Shown here piece after piece: positions 53,189 to 64,000 of a stretch of DNA of 64,000 nt (position 1 is the first letter of the stretch; every line of letters starts with the position of its first letter). The DNA comes from Heterodontus francisci. Taxonomy: Eukaryota. Under the pieces are notes generated by a model. The model saw only the letters and a list, made by a program, of their open reading frames with translations, was not told the DNA's origin and searched no databases. The stretch lies in contig NW_027142006.1 of the NCBI RefSeq assembly GCF_036365525.1, positions 6,696,001-6,760,000 on the forward strand, in the 5' to 3' direction. Both the position numbers and the translations under genes were made by a program.

Positions 53189-56100
53189 TAAACACACATA
53201 ATGCCTCCATTATTGAGGTTAATTCTGTAACTTTGAAACGGGAACCATAATTTGTAACTGAGGTTGCACGATCGTGGGATTGGCACAGTGATAATTTGAT
53301 AGTCGGTGAGAATTTGGACTGGGATTTATGAGTTGGGGTGACATGGAAACAACGTCTGTCTCTCCTGCTCTGTTTGATTGAGGGATTGAAAATGTGTCTC
53401 TGGATCTATTTCTGCTGTCTGAGACTGTGGAACTGATGACCTGTCTGTGCGTCTGCGCTCTGTGAGTGATAATGTACGGACTGTATGAGAAGGAGCTGGT
53501 GACACTCTTCCTTGTAACTTGGGTGGAGGAAACATCACATTTATTCCGGTTCATTCAATTATTTGCCTGTTTGAACAAAAGTATGTTTATAACTGAAATA
53601 CAGGGAAGGTAGAACATACAGGATTTTAAAGAATTTAATCTCTCAAATAATAATGAACGCCCACAAAGGAAGCCCAGCCATACAAATATTATCATTGTTT
53701 GACTGCACTGCAGTAACAGGTTCTTCCCATTCCGTCTCCTTTCCCTGTCCACACACAGCCCGAAAATGGCCTCTCCCTTCCCCCACTCACTCCATGTTCC
53801 GGGACCAGTTACTGCTCCATTCCACCTCTTATAAACAGCCCCCGCCTCCGCCTGAACTTGCCCCGGACTCGATGCTGATCTCTGAGTCTATCTGCGGACA
53901 CGCTCCCAAAGCGATGTGCTGCTGGAAGGAGGCTGCTGTTTGCTCCCTTCCCCCGGGACTGGGATCTCTCCATTCGCGGCTGTTTTCAACCATCTTCTTC
54001 CGCTCACAGGCAGTGCTGGGGGAGGGGAGCGCAGGCGCAGATTTCTGCAACAATTCAGCAAACAGAAACATGGAAAATTTCCGGCGCAGAATGAGGCCAT
54101 TCGGCCCATCATGTCCGTGCCAGCGCAAAGAGAGCGATCCAGCCTCATCCCACAGTTTCTTGTTATTGGACAGTGAAGTGTGGAAACAGATGCGGACAGT
54201 CAGGATGTGGGGAGTTACACAAAGAGAATCTATTATCGGCACCAGGTGAGAAGTGTGAAGGACACATTTTAAACAGCGGCTGTTTGGTTTCGCTTGAACG
54301 GTTAGACCATGGGAGCGGGAACTGGAAATCTGACCTGTGTAAAAGTTCCTGTTCCGTCGGTCAGTCCCATTCATGTCCCAGTGGATTGTTTCTGGATGTC
54401 ATTTAATTGTTGTAAAATGGCCAAAGCCCCTGGTATGCAGTAGCTGGGGGCTGCAGGACTGCAGTGGAATCAGACACTGACTCTGTTTGCATTGCTGGGT
54501 TTCCTTTGTGATTGTTCACAATGATTATTAATTGAAAAATTGTTTTGGTCACTTTTGTATCTTCTACCACATCTCTTCCTGAATTATAATAAATACTTTT
54601 TTCTTTCCATAGGCAAATACTTGAAGGAAGCAGAATAAATGCAGTGATTCCTCGACACAAGAGGAAGTGCAGCCAGCTCCTCACACACAGTAAGTACAGT
54701 ATCACTCACAGAGAGCAGAGACATCAATTCCACAATTACCGCCAGCAGAAGTAGTCAGACCGGCACTGATCCCAAGTTCCAGAAACATTTATTCAATCCA
54801 ACAGTCACACAGAGCAGGAAAGACTGAAGTTGTCTCCATTTCACCCCAACTGACCAGGAGATACATCAATCCCAGTCCAAAATCACACCCACTATCAGAT
54901 TGCAAGGCACTGTGTCACTCTCACAAGAGTGCAGCCTGAACTACAAATTCAATGTCAGATACAGCAGACAAACAGAACCTGATTGTAAAGTACAGAATTT
55001 ATCCCAATAATGTACCCAGACTGCAGACTGAGCTCCATGTTACACATCACTCCACAAATCTCACAAATGGTCAGAGCGGAAGACACAGTATTAATTCCAT
55101 TACTGCAAACTGAATGAACTTGACCATTACATACCAGGACATAAAACATATTGTAAGATGAAAGGACACAGACCTGAAATGTTAATTCTGTTTCTCTCTC
55201 CACATACGCTGCCTGAACTGCTAAGTATTTCCAGCAATTTTGTTTTTTTTAATTTCAAATTTGCAGCATCTGCAGAATTTTGCTTTTATTTTAGAGTTAA
55301 AGAAACATTGCCTTGTGAGGTGAGAGTGACTGCCCTTGATATCAAGGCAGCTATTGACCATGTATGGCATCAAGGAGCCCAAGCAAAACTGGAGTAAATG
55401 GGAATTGGGCAAAACTCTCTGCTGGTTGGAGTCATACCTAGCACAAAGGAAGATGGCTGTGGTTGTTCAGGTCAATCATCTCAGTCTCAGGACATTACAG
55501 CTGGAATTCCTAAGGCTCATGTTCTGGGCCCAACCATCTTCAGCTGCTTCATCAATGACCTTCCCTCCATCACAAGGCTGAAAGTGGGGATGTTCACTGA
55601 TGATTGTGCAATGTTCAGCACCATTCATGACTCCTCAGATACTGAAGCAGCCCGAACCCAGATGCAGCAAGACCTGGACAACATCCAGGCTTAGGCTGAT
55701 AAGTGTCAAGTAACATTCACGTCACATAACAAATGAAAAAAGTGAGGAAATAGTGAAGGGCTTTTATGGAATACACGGAGACATGTTTCCACTTGTGGTG
55801 GTGTCTGAAACAAGAGCCAAAAATATAAAATCATCATTCCTAAAGCCAATGAGGAATTCATGAAAATTGTATTTACGCAGTGAATGGACAGAATCTGGAA
55901 TTTTCTATCACATGGAGAGATTGAGGTGAATAGTATTGATGCACGTAAGGGGAGGTGGAACAAGTGAGCAAGTGTATGGGGAGAAATGAATTGAGCAATA
56001 TACATATCAGGCTTTATTTTTCTTTATTTATGCAAATGATGCAGGATGGCTGGAAATATTGTGTAGAGCATAGAGCAGTTGGGACGATCCCAGTGCAGTG

Positions 56101-56694
56101 TTTTGTCTGGATGGATCTGCCCAGAACACTTGTGATGCAGGAGCTGGGAGCTTCAGTACTTCAGTGGAGGCAGATACTGACATGGGTTTTCAATTGTGTG
56201 TGTTCTTAATAATTATTAATTCAGAAAGTAAATTCACATCTTTGATATTTTGCACCTCACCTGTTCTTGAGTTATAAGATATATTTTTTCTTCATACAGG
56301 CAAATACTTGACGGAATCATGATGAATGTGATGGTTGCTGCACTCGAGGCACAAGGAACAGTGCAGCCAGCTCCTCTCACACACAGTAGGTACATTATCA
56401 CTCAGAGTACAGAGGTACAGATGGTTCATCAATTCCCTAGTCTCAGACTGCAGAAGTAGTCAGGCCCACATGGATCCCAAGTTCCAGAGACACATTTTCA
56501 ATCCAACAATCAAACAAAGCAGGAGAGAAAGAAGTTGTTTCCATTTCACCCAATTCAGTCCCACTGACAGTCAGATACATCAATCCCAGGTCAAAATCAC
56601 ACCCACTAGCAGATTGAAATGCAATGTGTCAATCTAAATATAATGCAGACTTAGCTAGCAATTAAATATCAGATAGAATTGGTACACGTTACTG

Positions 56695-57556
56695 TTTGTT
56701 ATTGATACCATCAATATCGGCGACCACACTCTGGAAGTGGTTCAAGAGTTCACCTACCTAGGCTCAACTATCACTAGTAACCTATCTCTCGATGCAGAAA
56801 TCAACAAGCGCATGGGAAAGGCATCTGCTGCTATATCCAGACTGGCCAAGAGGGTGTGGGAAAATGATGCACTGACACAGAACACAAAAGTCCAAGTTTA
56901 TCAAGCCTGTGTCCTCAGTACCTTGCTCTGCAGCAGCAAGGCTAGACAACGTCCGTCAGCCAAGACTGACATCTCAACTCATTCCATATTTGCTGCCACC
57001 GTAGAATCCTTGGCATCAGGTGGCAGGACTGTATCTCCAATGCAGAAGTCCTCGTGACGGTCAGCATTCCCAGCATATACACCCTACTGAGCCAGCGGCG
57101 CTTGAGATGGCTTGGCCATGTGAGCCACATGGAAGATGACAGGATCCCCATCTCGCATTGTGCAGGGAACTCGTCACTGGTATCAGACCCACCGGGGATC
57201 CATGTCTCCGCTTTAAGGACATGTGCAAACGCGACATGCAGTCCTGTGACATTGACCACAAGTCATGGGAGTCAGTTGCCAGAGATTGCCAGAGCTGGCG
57301 GGCAGCCATAAAAGCGGGGCTAAAGAGTGGCGAGTCGAAGAGATTTAGCAGATGGCAGGAAAAAAGACAGAAGCACAAGGAGAGAGCCAACTGTGTAACA
57401 GCCCCGACAACCAATTTTATCTGCAGTGCCTGTGGAAGAGTTTGTCACTCGAGAATTGGCCTTTCTAGCCACTCCAGGAGCTGCTTCACAAACCACTGAC
57501 TGCCTCTGGGCAATTACCCATTGTCTCTCGAGACAACGAGGCCAAAGAAGAAGAAG
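56695..57556 (+). mobile_element. RTE-clade LINE 3' fragment
   Basis: FTYLGS, VYQACVLSTLL, RLRWLGHV.., C-terminal CSACGRVCHSRIGLSSH zinc finger, (AAG)n tail, and ACTG on both sides. Absent from the paralogue near 16515. Confidence 0.88.
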
Positions 57557-57653
57557 ACTGATTGATTGGCACAGAATCTAACCTAATGATGTACCCTGAG
57601 ATTTAAATTAAATACCATACCCAAAGCTCACACCCATTGATTATAAAGGATGT

Positions 57654-58434
57654 CGTCCATTTTGGAAGGACAAACATGAATGCAAAATACTGGGTTAACG
57701 GTAGGGTTCTTGGGCATGTGGAGGAGCAGAGAGACCTTGGGGTCTATGTGCATAGATCATTGAAAGTTGCAACTCAAGTGGATAGGGCTGTGAAGAAGGC
57801 ATATGGGGTGTTAGGGTTCATTAGCAGAGGGATTGAATTTAAGAACCGTGAGGTGATGATGCAGCTGTACAGGACCTTGGTAAGGCCTCATTTGGAGTAC
57901 TGTGTGCAGTTCTGGTCGCCTCATTTTAGGAAGGATGTGGAAGCCTTGGAGAGGGTGCAGAGGAGATTTACCAGGATGTTGCCTGGAATGGAGAATAAGT
58001 CTTACGAGGAAAGGCTGAACATTCTAGGCCTCTTCTCATTAGAACGGAGAAGGATGAGGGGTGACATGATAGAGGTTTATAAGATGATCAGGGGAATAGA
58101 TAGGGTAGACAGTCAGAAACTTTTTCCCCGGGTGGAGCAAAGCGTTACAAGGGGTCATAAATTTAAGGTGAAGGGTGGGAGATATAAGGGGGATGTCAGG
58201 GGAAGGTTCTTTACCCAGAGAGTGGTCGAGGCATGGAATGCCTTGCCCGGGGAAGTTGTTGAGTCAGAAACTTTAGGGACTTTCAAAAGGCTTTTGGATA
58301 GGTATATGGATAAAGGAGAATGATGGGGTATAGATTAAATTGTCCTTGACAGAGGACAAAGGATCGGCACAACATTGTGGGCCGAAGGGCCTGTTCTGTG
58401 CTGTATGTTCTATGTTCTATGTTCTATGTTCTAT
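57654..58434 (+). mobile_element. Young CR1 3' fragment (open ORF2 C-terminus)
   Basis: Uninterrupted ORF (RDLGV, LEYCVQFWSP, RGDMIEVYK), (TTCTATG)n tail, and GATGT at 57649-57653 and 58435-58439. Absent from the paralogue near 16430. Confidence 0.92.
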
Positions 58435-58589
58435 GATGTTGAAACATCCCCATGGTGTACCCTGAGATACAAGTCGCAAACAAGTCCAACATTCATTACA
58501 GTGAAAGTTTCAAAGGTGCTGAAAGATATTGTAAGCTGAGACACAAATTAGATACCAGTTCAGAACTCACCCACACTGTGAAATGGAAA

Positions 58590-58850
58590 GATACGGAATC
58601 AATTCCATTAGTGTAGATTGGTCTAAACATTATCTACCATTCTAAAAACTCATACAATACCAAACTGAAATACAGTATCAATACTATTCATGCAGATTGA
58701 TCTAAACATTGTATACCATTCTAAAAACACACAGTATCAATTCTATTAGTGCAGATTGATCTAAACATTACATACCATTCTAAAAACTGATACAATATCA
58801 AACTGAAATACAGTATCAATTCCATTACTGTAAATTTATCTAAACATTGC
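58590..58850. repeat. Short imperfect tandem expansion (about 4 copies of GATTGATCTAAACATT..TACCATTCTAAAA)
   Basis: Motif recurs at 60-80 bp spacing; single copy in the paralogue near 16240. Confidence 0.65.
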
Positions 58851-59194
58851 CAGTCCAAAAATCACATACAGTATCAGACTGAGCAATGCTGATACGAAGT
58901 GTAAACTGTGATGTAAATTAGATGCCTGGGTAGAACTCACCCAGACTGCAGAATTGAAAAATACAGTTGACTGTGATCCACATTATTTACCAGCCAAAAA
59001 CATCTCATACATGATCAGAGTGAAATAGATTATCAATTCCATTTGTGCAGACTGAACTCCACATGACAAACCAGTAAAAACTCTCATACAGAGGTATGGT
59101 GATTTTGTGGTTACATTAAAGGACGAGTAATCCAAAAGTCTCCACTAATGGTCCAGAGACATGAGTTCAAATTCCACTGCAGCAGCTGGATAAT

Positions 59195-62100
59195 TATTGA
59201 ATCAAAGCAAGTTTATGGCACAGCAAGAGGCCATTTGGCCCATCATGTCTGTGCCAGATGAAAAACTTTCCACCCATTCTAATCCCACATTTCAGCATTT
59301 GGTCGGTACCCCTGCAGATTACGGCATTTGAAGTGTATATCCAGACTCCTTTTGAATGAGTTGAGGGTTTCTGCCTCAACTAGCCTTTCAGGCAGTGAGT
59401 TCCAGACACCCACCACCCTCTGGCTGAAATTTTTTTTTCCTCATCTCCCCTGTAATCTTTCTGCCAATCACTGAAAATCTATTCCCCGAGTCACTGATTT
59501 CTTTGCTAAGGTAAACAGGCCCTTCACTTCAACTCTATCCAGAATCCACAAAATTTTGTTCATTTCAGTCAGATCTCCCCTCAGCCTTCTCTGTGCCAAG
59601 GGGAAGCGCCCCAGCCTATCCAATCTTTCCTCACAGCTGCGTTGTTCCAGTCCCAGCAACATCCTCGTAAATCTCCTCTGTACTCTCTCGAGGGCAATTA
59701 CATCCTTTCTGTAATGAGGTGCTCAGAACTGCACACATTACTCAAGTTGTGGCCTGACTAATGATTTATACGGTTCCAGCATAACCTCTCTGCTCTTATA
59801 TCTATCCCTCGGCTAATAAAGGAAAGGATTCCATATGCCTTCTTACCACCTTATCGACCTGTCCTGCTACCTTCAGGGATCTGTGGACATTTACCCCAAG
59901 GTCCCTCACTTTCTCTACACCTTTCAGCATTTTCCTATTAATTGTGTATTCCTTTGCCTTGTTTGACCTCCCCAAATGCATCAGCTCACACTTCTCTGGA
60001 TTGAATTCCATTTGCCATTTTTCTGCCCATCTGGCCAAACCATGAAGATCTTCCTGCAGCCTACAGTTATCCTCCTTGCTATTTACCACATGGCCAATCT
60101 TTGTGTCATCTGCAAACTTCTTGATCATGCTTCCTACATTTACATCCATGTAGACTACATCAGCTGCACTGCCCTCAACTATCTTCCTTTTTAATTCTTC
60201 AAAATTTTGATCAAGTTGGTCAGACAAGATCTTCCCTTAACAAATCCATGCTGGACTATCCTTGATTAATCTGTGCCTTTCTAAGTGACATTTTATCCTG
60301 TCTCTCTGAATAGATTCCAATAATTTTCCCACTACTGAGGTCAGACTGACTGTCCTGTAATTATTCGGTCTATCCCTCACTCCCTTTTTAAACAGAGGTA
60401 CAATGTTAGCAGTCCTCCAATCCTCCAGCATCACACCTGTATCCAGTGAGGTCTGAAAAACGATGGACAGACCTTCCGCTATTTCCTCTCTTGCTTTTGA
60501 AGAGCCTGGGGTTCATTTCATCCGGCCCTGGTGATTTATCAATTTTCAAATAAGCTAATTCCATTAATATGTCCTCTCTCCCTCTGTTGATCACGTCTAA
60601 TACTTCACACCCCTCTTCGTTATCTACAGTATCTGCATCGTCCCCCTCTTTTGTGAAGACAGATGCAAATTATTCATTAAGAACAATGCCAGCATCTTCT
60701 GCCTCTACACATAGGTTGCCTTTTTGGTCTTTTCTGTGCCCAACTCTTTCCTTAGTTATCCTTTTACTCTTAATGCATTGATAAAACATTTTTGTGTTCA
60801 CCTTGATTTTGATTACCAATATTCTTCCATGCCCGCTCTTAGTTTCCCTAATTTCGATGTTGATTCCGCATCCCCCCCCCCCCCCCCCACCCCCCACCCC
60901 GCTCCACTCCTCATTCTATACCCCTCTCGGCTTTCTGTAGTATTGAGTTCTCTATGTCGGGCATAATTTTTCCTTTACTGCCTTATCATACCCATAAGCT
61001 CCTTGACATCCATGGGGCTCTAGATTTGGCCTTCCCACCCTTTTTCTTTGTGGGAACATGTTGACTCCGAACCCCTTGAATCTTCCCTTTGAATTCTTCC
61101 CACTGCTCTGACACTGATTTACCTTCAAGTACCTGTTTCCAGTCCACTTTTGCTAAATCACTCTTCAGCTTAGTAAAGTTGTCCTTGCCCCAACTGAGAA
61201 CTTTAACTCCTGTTCTATCCTTGTCCTTTAATAATTATGTTAACTCTGACTGAATTATGATCACTACCACCAAAAAGCTCTCCCACTGCCACTCCTTCCA
61301 CCTGCCCATCTTCATTTCCTAAAACTACATCTAAAACTTCACCCTCTCTTGTTGCAAAAAAGTTCTCCTGAATGCATCACAAGAATTCTGCTCCCTCAAT
61401 TCCTTTCACACTAAAAGTATCCCAGTTCATGTTGGGGTGGTTAAAATCCCCTCCTGTTACTGCCCTATTGTTCTTGCACTTCTTAGAGATTTGCCTACAT
61501 ATCTGCTCTTCTATCTCCCTCTGACTGTTTGGGGGTCTTTAGTACACTCCCAGCAGTGTGATTGCCCCTTTTTTTTTCCTTAGCTCAATCTATACGGCCT
61601 CATTTGATAAACCTTCCAACATATCATTCCTCCTCACAGCTGGATTAGTTTCTTTGACCAAAATTGCCACTCTCCCTCCTTGGTTATCCTCCTCCCTATC
61701 GTGTCTGAAAACCCTGTAACCAGTAATGTTGAGCTGCCATTCCTGTCCCTCCTTAAGCCATGTTTCTGTAATAGCTATGATATCATACTGCTACGTGTCT
61801 ATCTGTGCCCTCAGCTCATCTGCTTCGTTTTCTATACTCCTTGCGTTGAAATTGATACTCTTGAGCACTGCCAAACTTTAAAAAAAATTTCTAACCTTTG
61901 TTTCCTCTGTCTTCCAGACTCATCCATTAATTTTCTGCCTTCCATTTTCATTTTTAATTTTGTCCCATCTGAGTCTACCTTCCAGTCCCCACCCCCCTGC
62001 CAAATGAGTTTAAACCCTCCCCAACAGTACTAGCAAATGTCCCACAAGGAACTCCATCCCGGCTCTGTTCAGGTGTAACCCATCCGAGCTGTCCCAAGAA

Positions 62101-62900
62101 TCTAAAGCCCTCCCTCCTGCACCATCTTTCCAGCCAGGCATTTATCTGTCTTATCCTTCTATTCTTGTACTCATTTTTGCCTGGCAGTGGGAGTAATCCG
62201 GAGAATACTGCTTTTGATGCTAATTTCTTACCGAGCTCCCTAAATTCTGACTGGAGGACAACATCCTTCTTTCAACTTTGTCATTGGTTCCGATGTGGAC
62301 CACAGCTGCTGGCTGTTCACCCTCCCCCTTTAGGATGCTCTGTAACTGCTTAATGACATCCTTGACCCTGGCAGCAGGGAGGCACCACAGTATTCTGGGA
62401 TTCACGTCTACAGCCACAGAAATGCCTGATTGTTCCCTTGACTATTGAATCATCTATCACTATGGCTTTTCCAGTCTTCCCTGTACTCCCCTTTGCAGCT
62501 GAGCCACCCGTGGTGCCATGGATTTGGCTCTGGCTGCACTCCCCAACTGAAGCATCACTGTCCTCTGTGTTCAGAACCTGTCGGAGAGTGTGATGCACTC
62601 AGGGTGTCCTGCATACCTGCCTGATTCTCTTTGACTGCCTAGTGGTCACCCATTCCCTCTCTCCCTGCATACTCTTAATCTGTGGGGTGACCACATCTAT
62701 AAACATACTATCCATATAACTCACTTCTCACGAATGCACCGCAGTTTCACCAGCTGCCGCTTAAGTTCCAAACCCAGAGTTTAAGCAGCTGCAATTGACA
62801 ATACTTCCTGGCACAAATGGTTCTCCAGGATACGGGAAGCATCCTGGAGCTCCCACATAGCACAAGAGGTGCATTCTCGAGGTTGAAGCACCCCTGCCAT
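59195..62900 (-). mobile_element. Decayed CR1 LINE with ORF1 esterase remnants, APE and RT
   Basis: VIDDSIVKG, CLPAARVKD and HIGTND (ORF1); DKSPGPD, NYRTVSLTS and FADDTK (ORF2). Confidence 0.88.
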
Positions 62901-63894
62901 TCCTTTATGTTAGCCCTTTTTCTGCTGCCACAGATCATGATGGGCCAAGTGGCCTCTTTCTCTGCCTTAAACCTTCTATGATTCTATCATGTTCACTAAC
63001 ATTATCCCCCTTCATATACAGCACCGCAGAGAATAAGTCCGACCATTCCTAACAGTGTGCCCATATCACACTGTATTACACATTCATATGTATCATCAGA
63101 GACAGTATCAGTAACACAATAAAGTGCACACGTATCACACTCAATAACTTTGATAACAATAATGTATCCCAAACATATGTGCAGCATTTAGAGAGGAAGA
63201 GAGACAGTATCAATAGTGCATTTTCTATCAGTATGTCCATGTCACACCCAATAACTGGATCCCACGTTTATATAGAGCACGAGAGACAGAGGTGATAGTG
63301 AAAAATTGAGAGAGACGGGGGCGGGGTGGAAACGGGCGGGGGGTGATGAGAGGTGAGACAGAGAGAGATCCCCATCAGCAGTTACAGGCTGACCTGGAAG
63401 CCTCATTTTATTTTGAAAGATCCCCTGGGAGACAGACGGTGCAGTCTCATCTCTAACTGATACTGTGTCATAAACAGACACATTATTATTCCTCGACTCT
63501 GTGAAACAGTTCGTGAGGTGAACAATGTTCCAAATTTAACGCTCTTGGCCCTGTTGATCTCTGTAATCTTTCAGCTCACACCGTTCGATATGACTGTCAG
63601 TGAGGGACAGTTTCAATGTGATGACATTAATCTGGGACTGTTACTGTCAGATATTAACTCCTGCGCGATCGCAGCAAACACAGCGACTCCCTCGGAGGAT
63701 TGCTTTGAGAAGACGGGTGAATGAAGAGCAAACACACTGCAGGGAATGATCTCAAACTGAGCTTCAGAAAGGGGGAATCCCCCAGCTTGAAACGTTCTCT
63801 GACCTTTCCCCACAGCCCCAGTTCCTTTGCTCAAACTCGGAGAAAACTGAACTGGGGAAAGTTCCAATTCATTTTTATTTTCTGAATGAGTGGG

Positions 63895-63965
63895 GAAAGA
63901 AGCGCATGCGCGATGCAATCCCACCCGCCCCACTGTTCAGGAGCAGAAGAGCGCATGCGCTCTCC
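63895..63965. promoter_or_regulatory. CpG-rich promoter-like segment with two NRF1-consensus palindromes and a GC box
   Basis: GCGCATGCGC at 63902-63911 and 63951-63960, with CCCGCCC between them. Confidence 0.55.
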
Positions 63966-64000
63966 CCTCCCCTCGCAGTGTCCTTTCGCGTCATTTACTC

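Noticed and set aside
53653-54374. 198-aa and 181-aa ORFs in the GC-rich segment
   Set aside because: No recognisable domain, overlap with a CR1 tail remnant, and frames not conserved in the paralogous arm.
60872-60900. Poly-C run
   Set aside because: Simple homopolymer expansion inside a dead CR1 (GGAGGGGGG in the paralogue near 14241).

Overview
Repeat-dense vertebrate DNA, most likely a shark or other cartilaginous fish (inferred from HE1/V-SINE-type SINEs, abundant CR1 LINEs and Penelope-like termini). It contains part of a replication-dependent histone cluster: two intact H2B genes (11695-12069, 36704-37078), an interrupted H2A, a stop-lost H3 and an interrupted, decayed H2B, all with 3' stem-loops. 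Architecture: a near-identical tandem duplication with a 25,009-bp period (1-13383 = 25010-38392), plus an older inverted paralogue of that unit (about 42480-61460) whose arms carry independent CR1, RTE and SINE insertions. The strongest signal is an L1/Tx1-clade non-LTR retrotransposon family inserted twice, independently and in sense orientation, within the first few codons of two different histone genes. The H2A insertion (37938-39822) removes the start codon; the H2B insertion (42906-44708) has an 11-bp TSD. Both sit under the histone promoter, making this a candidate histone-gene-targeting retrotransposon. A third 3' end of the same family lies exactly at the 25-kb duplication junction. 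All alignments were done by eye, no database searches were run, family names are inferences and TE boundaries are approximate.
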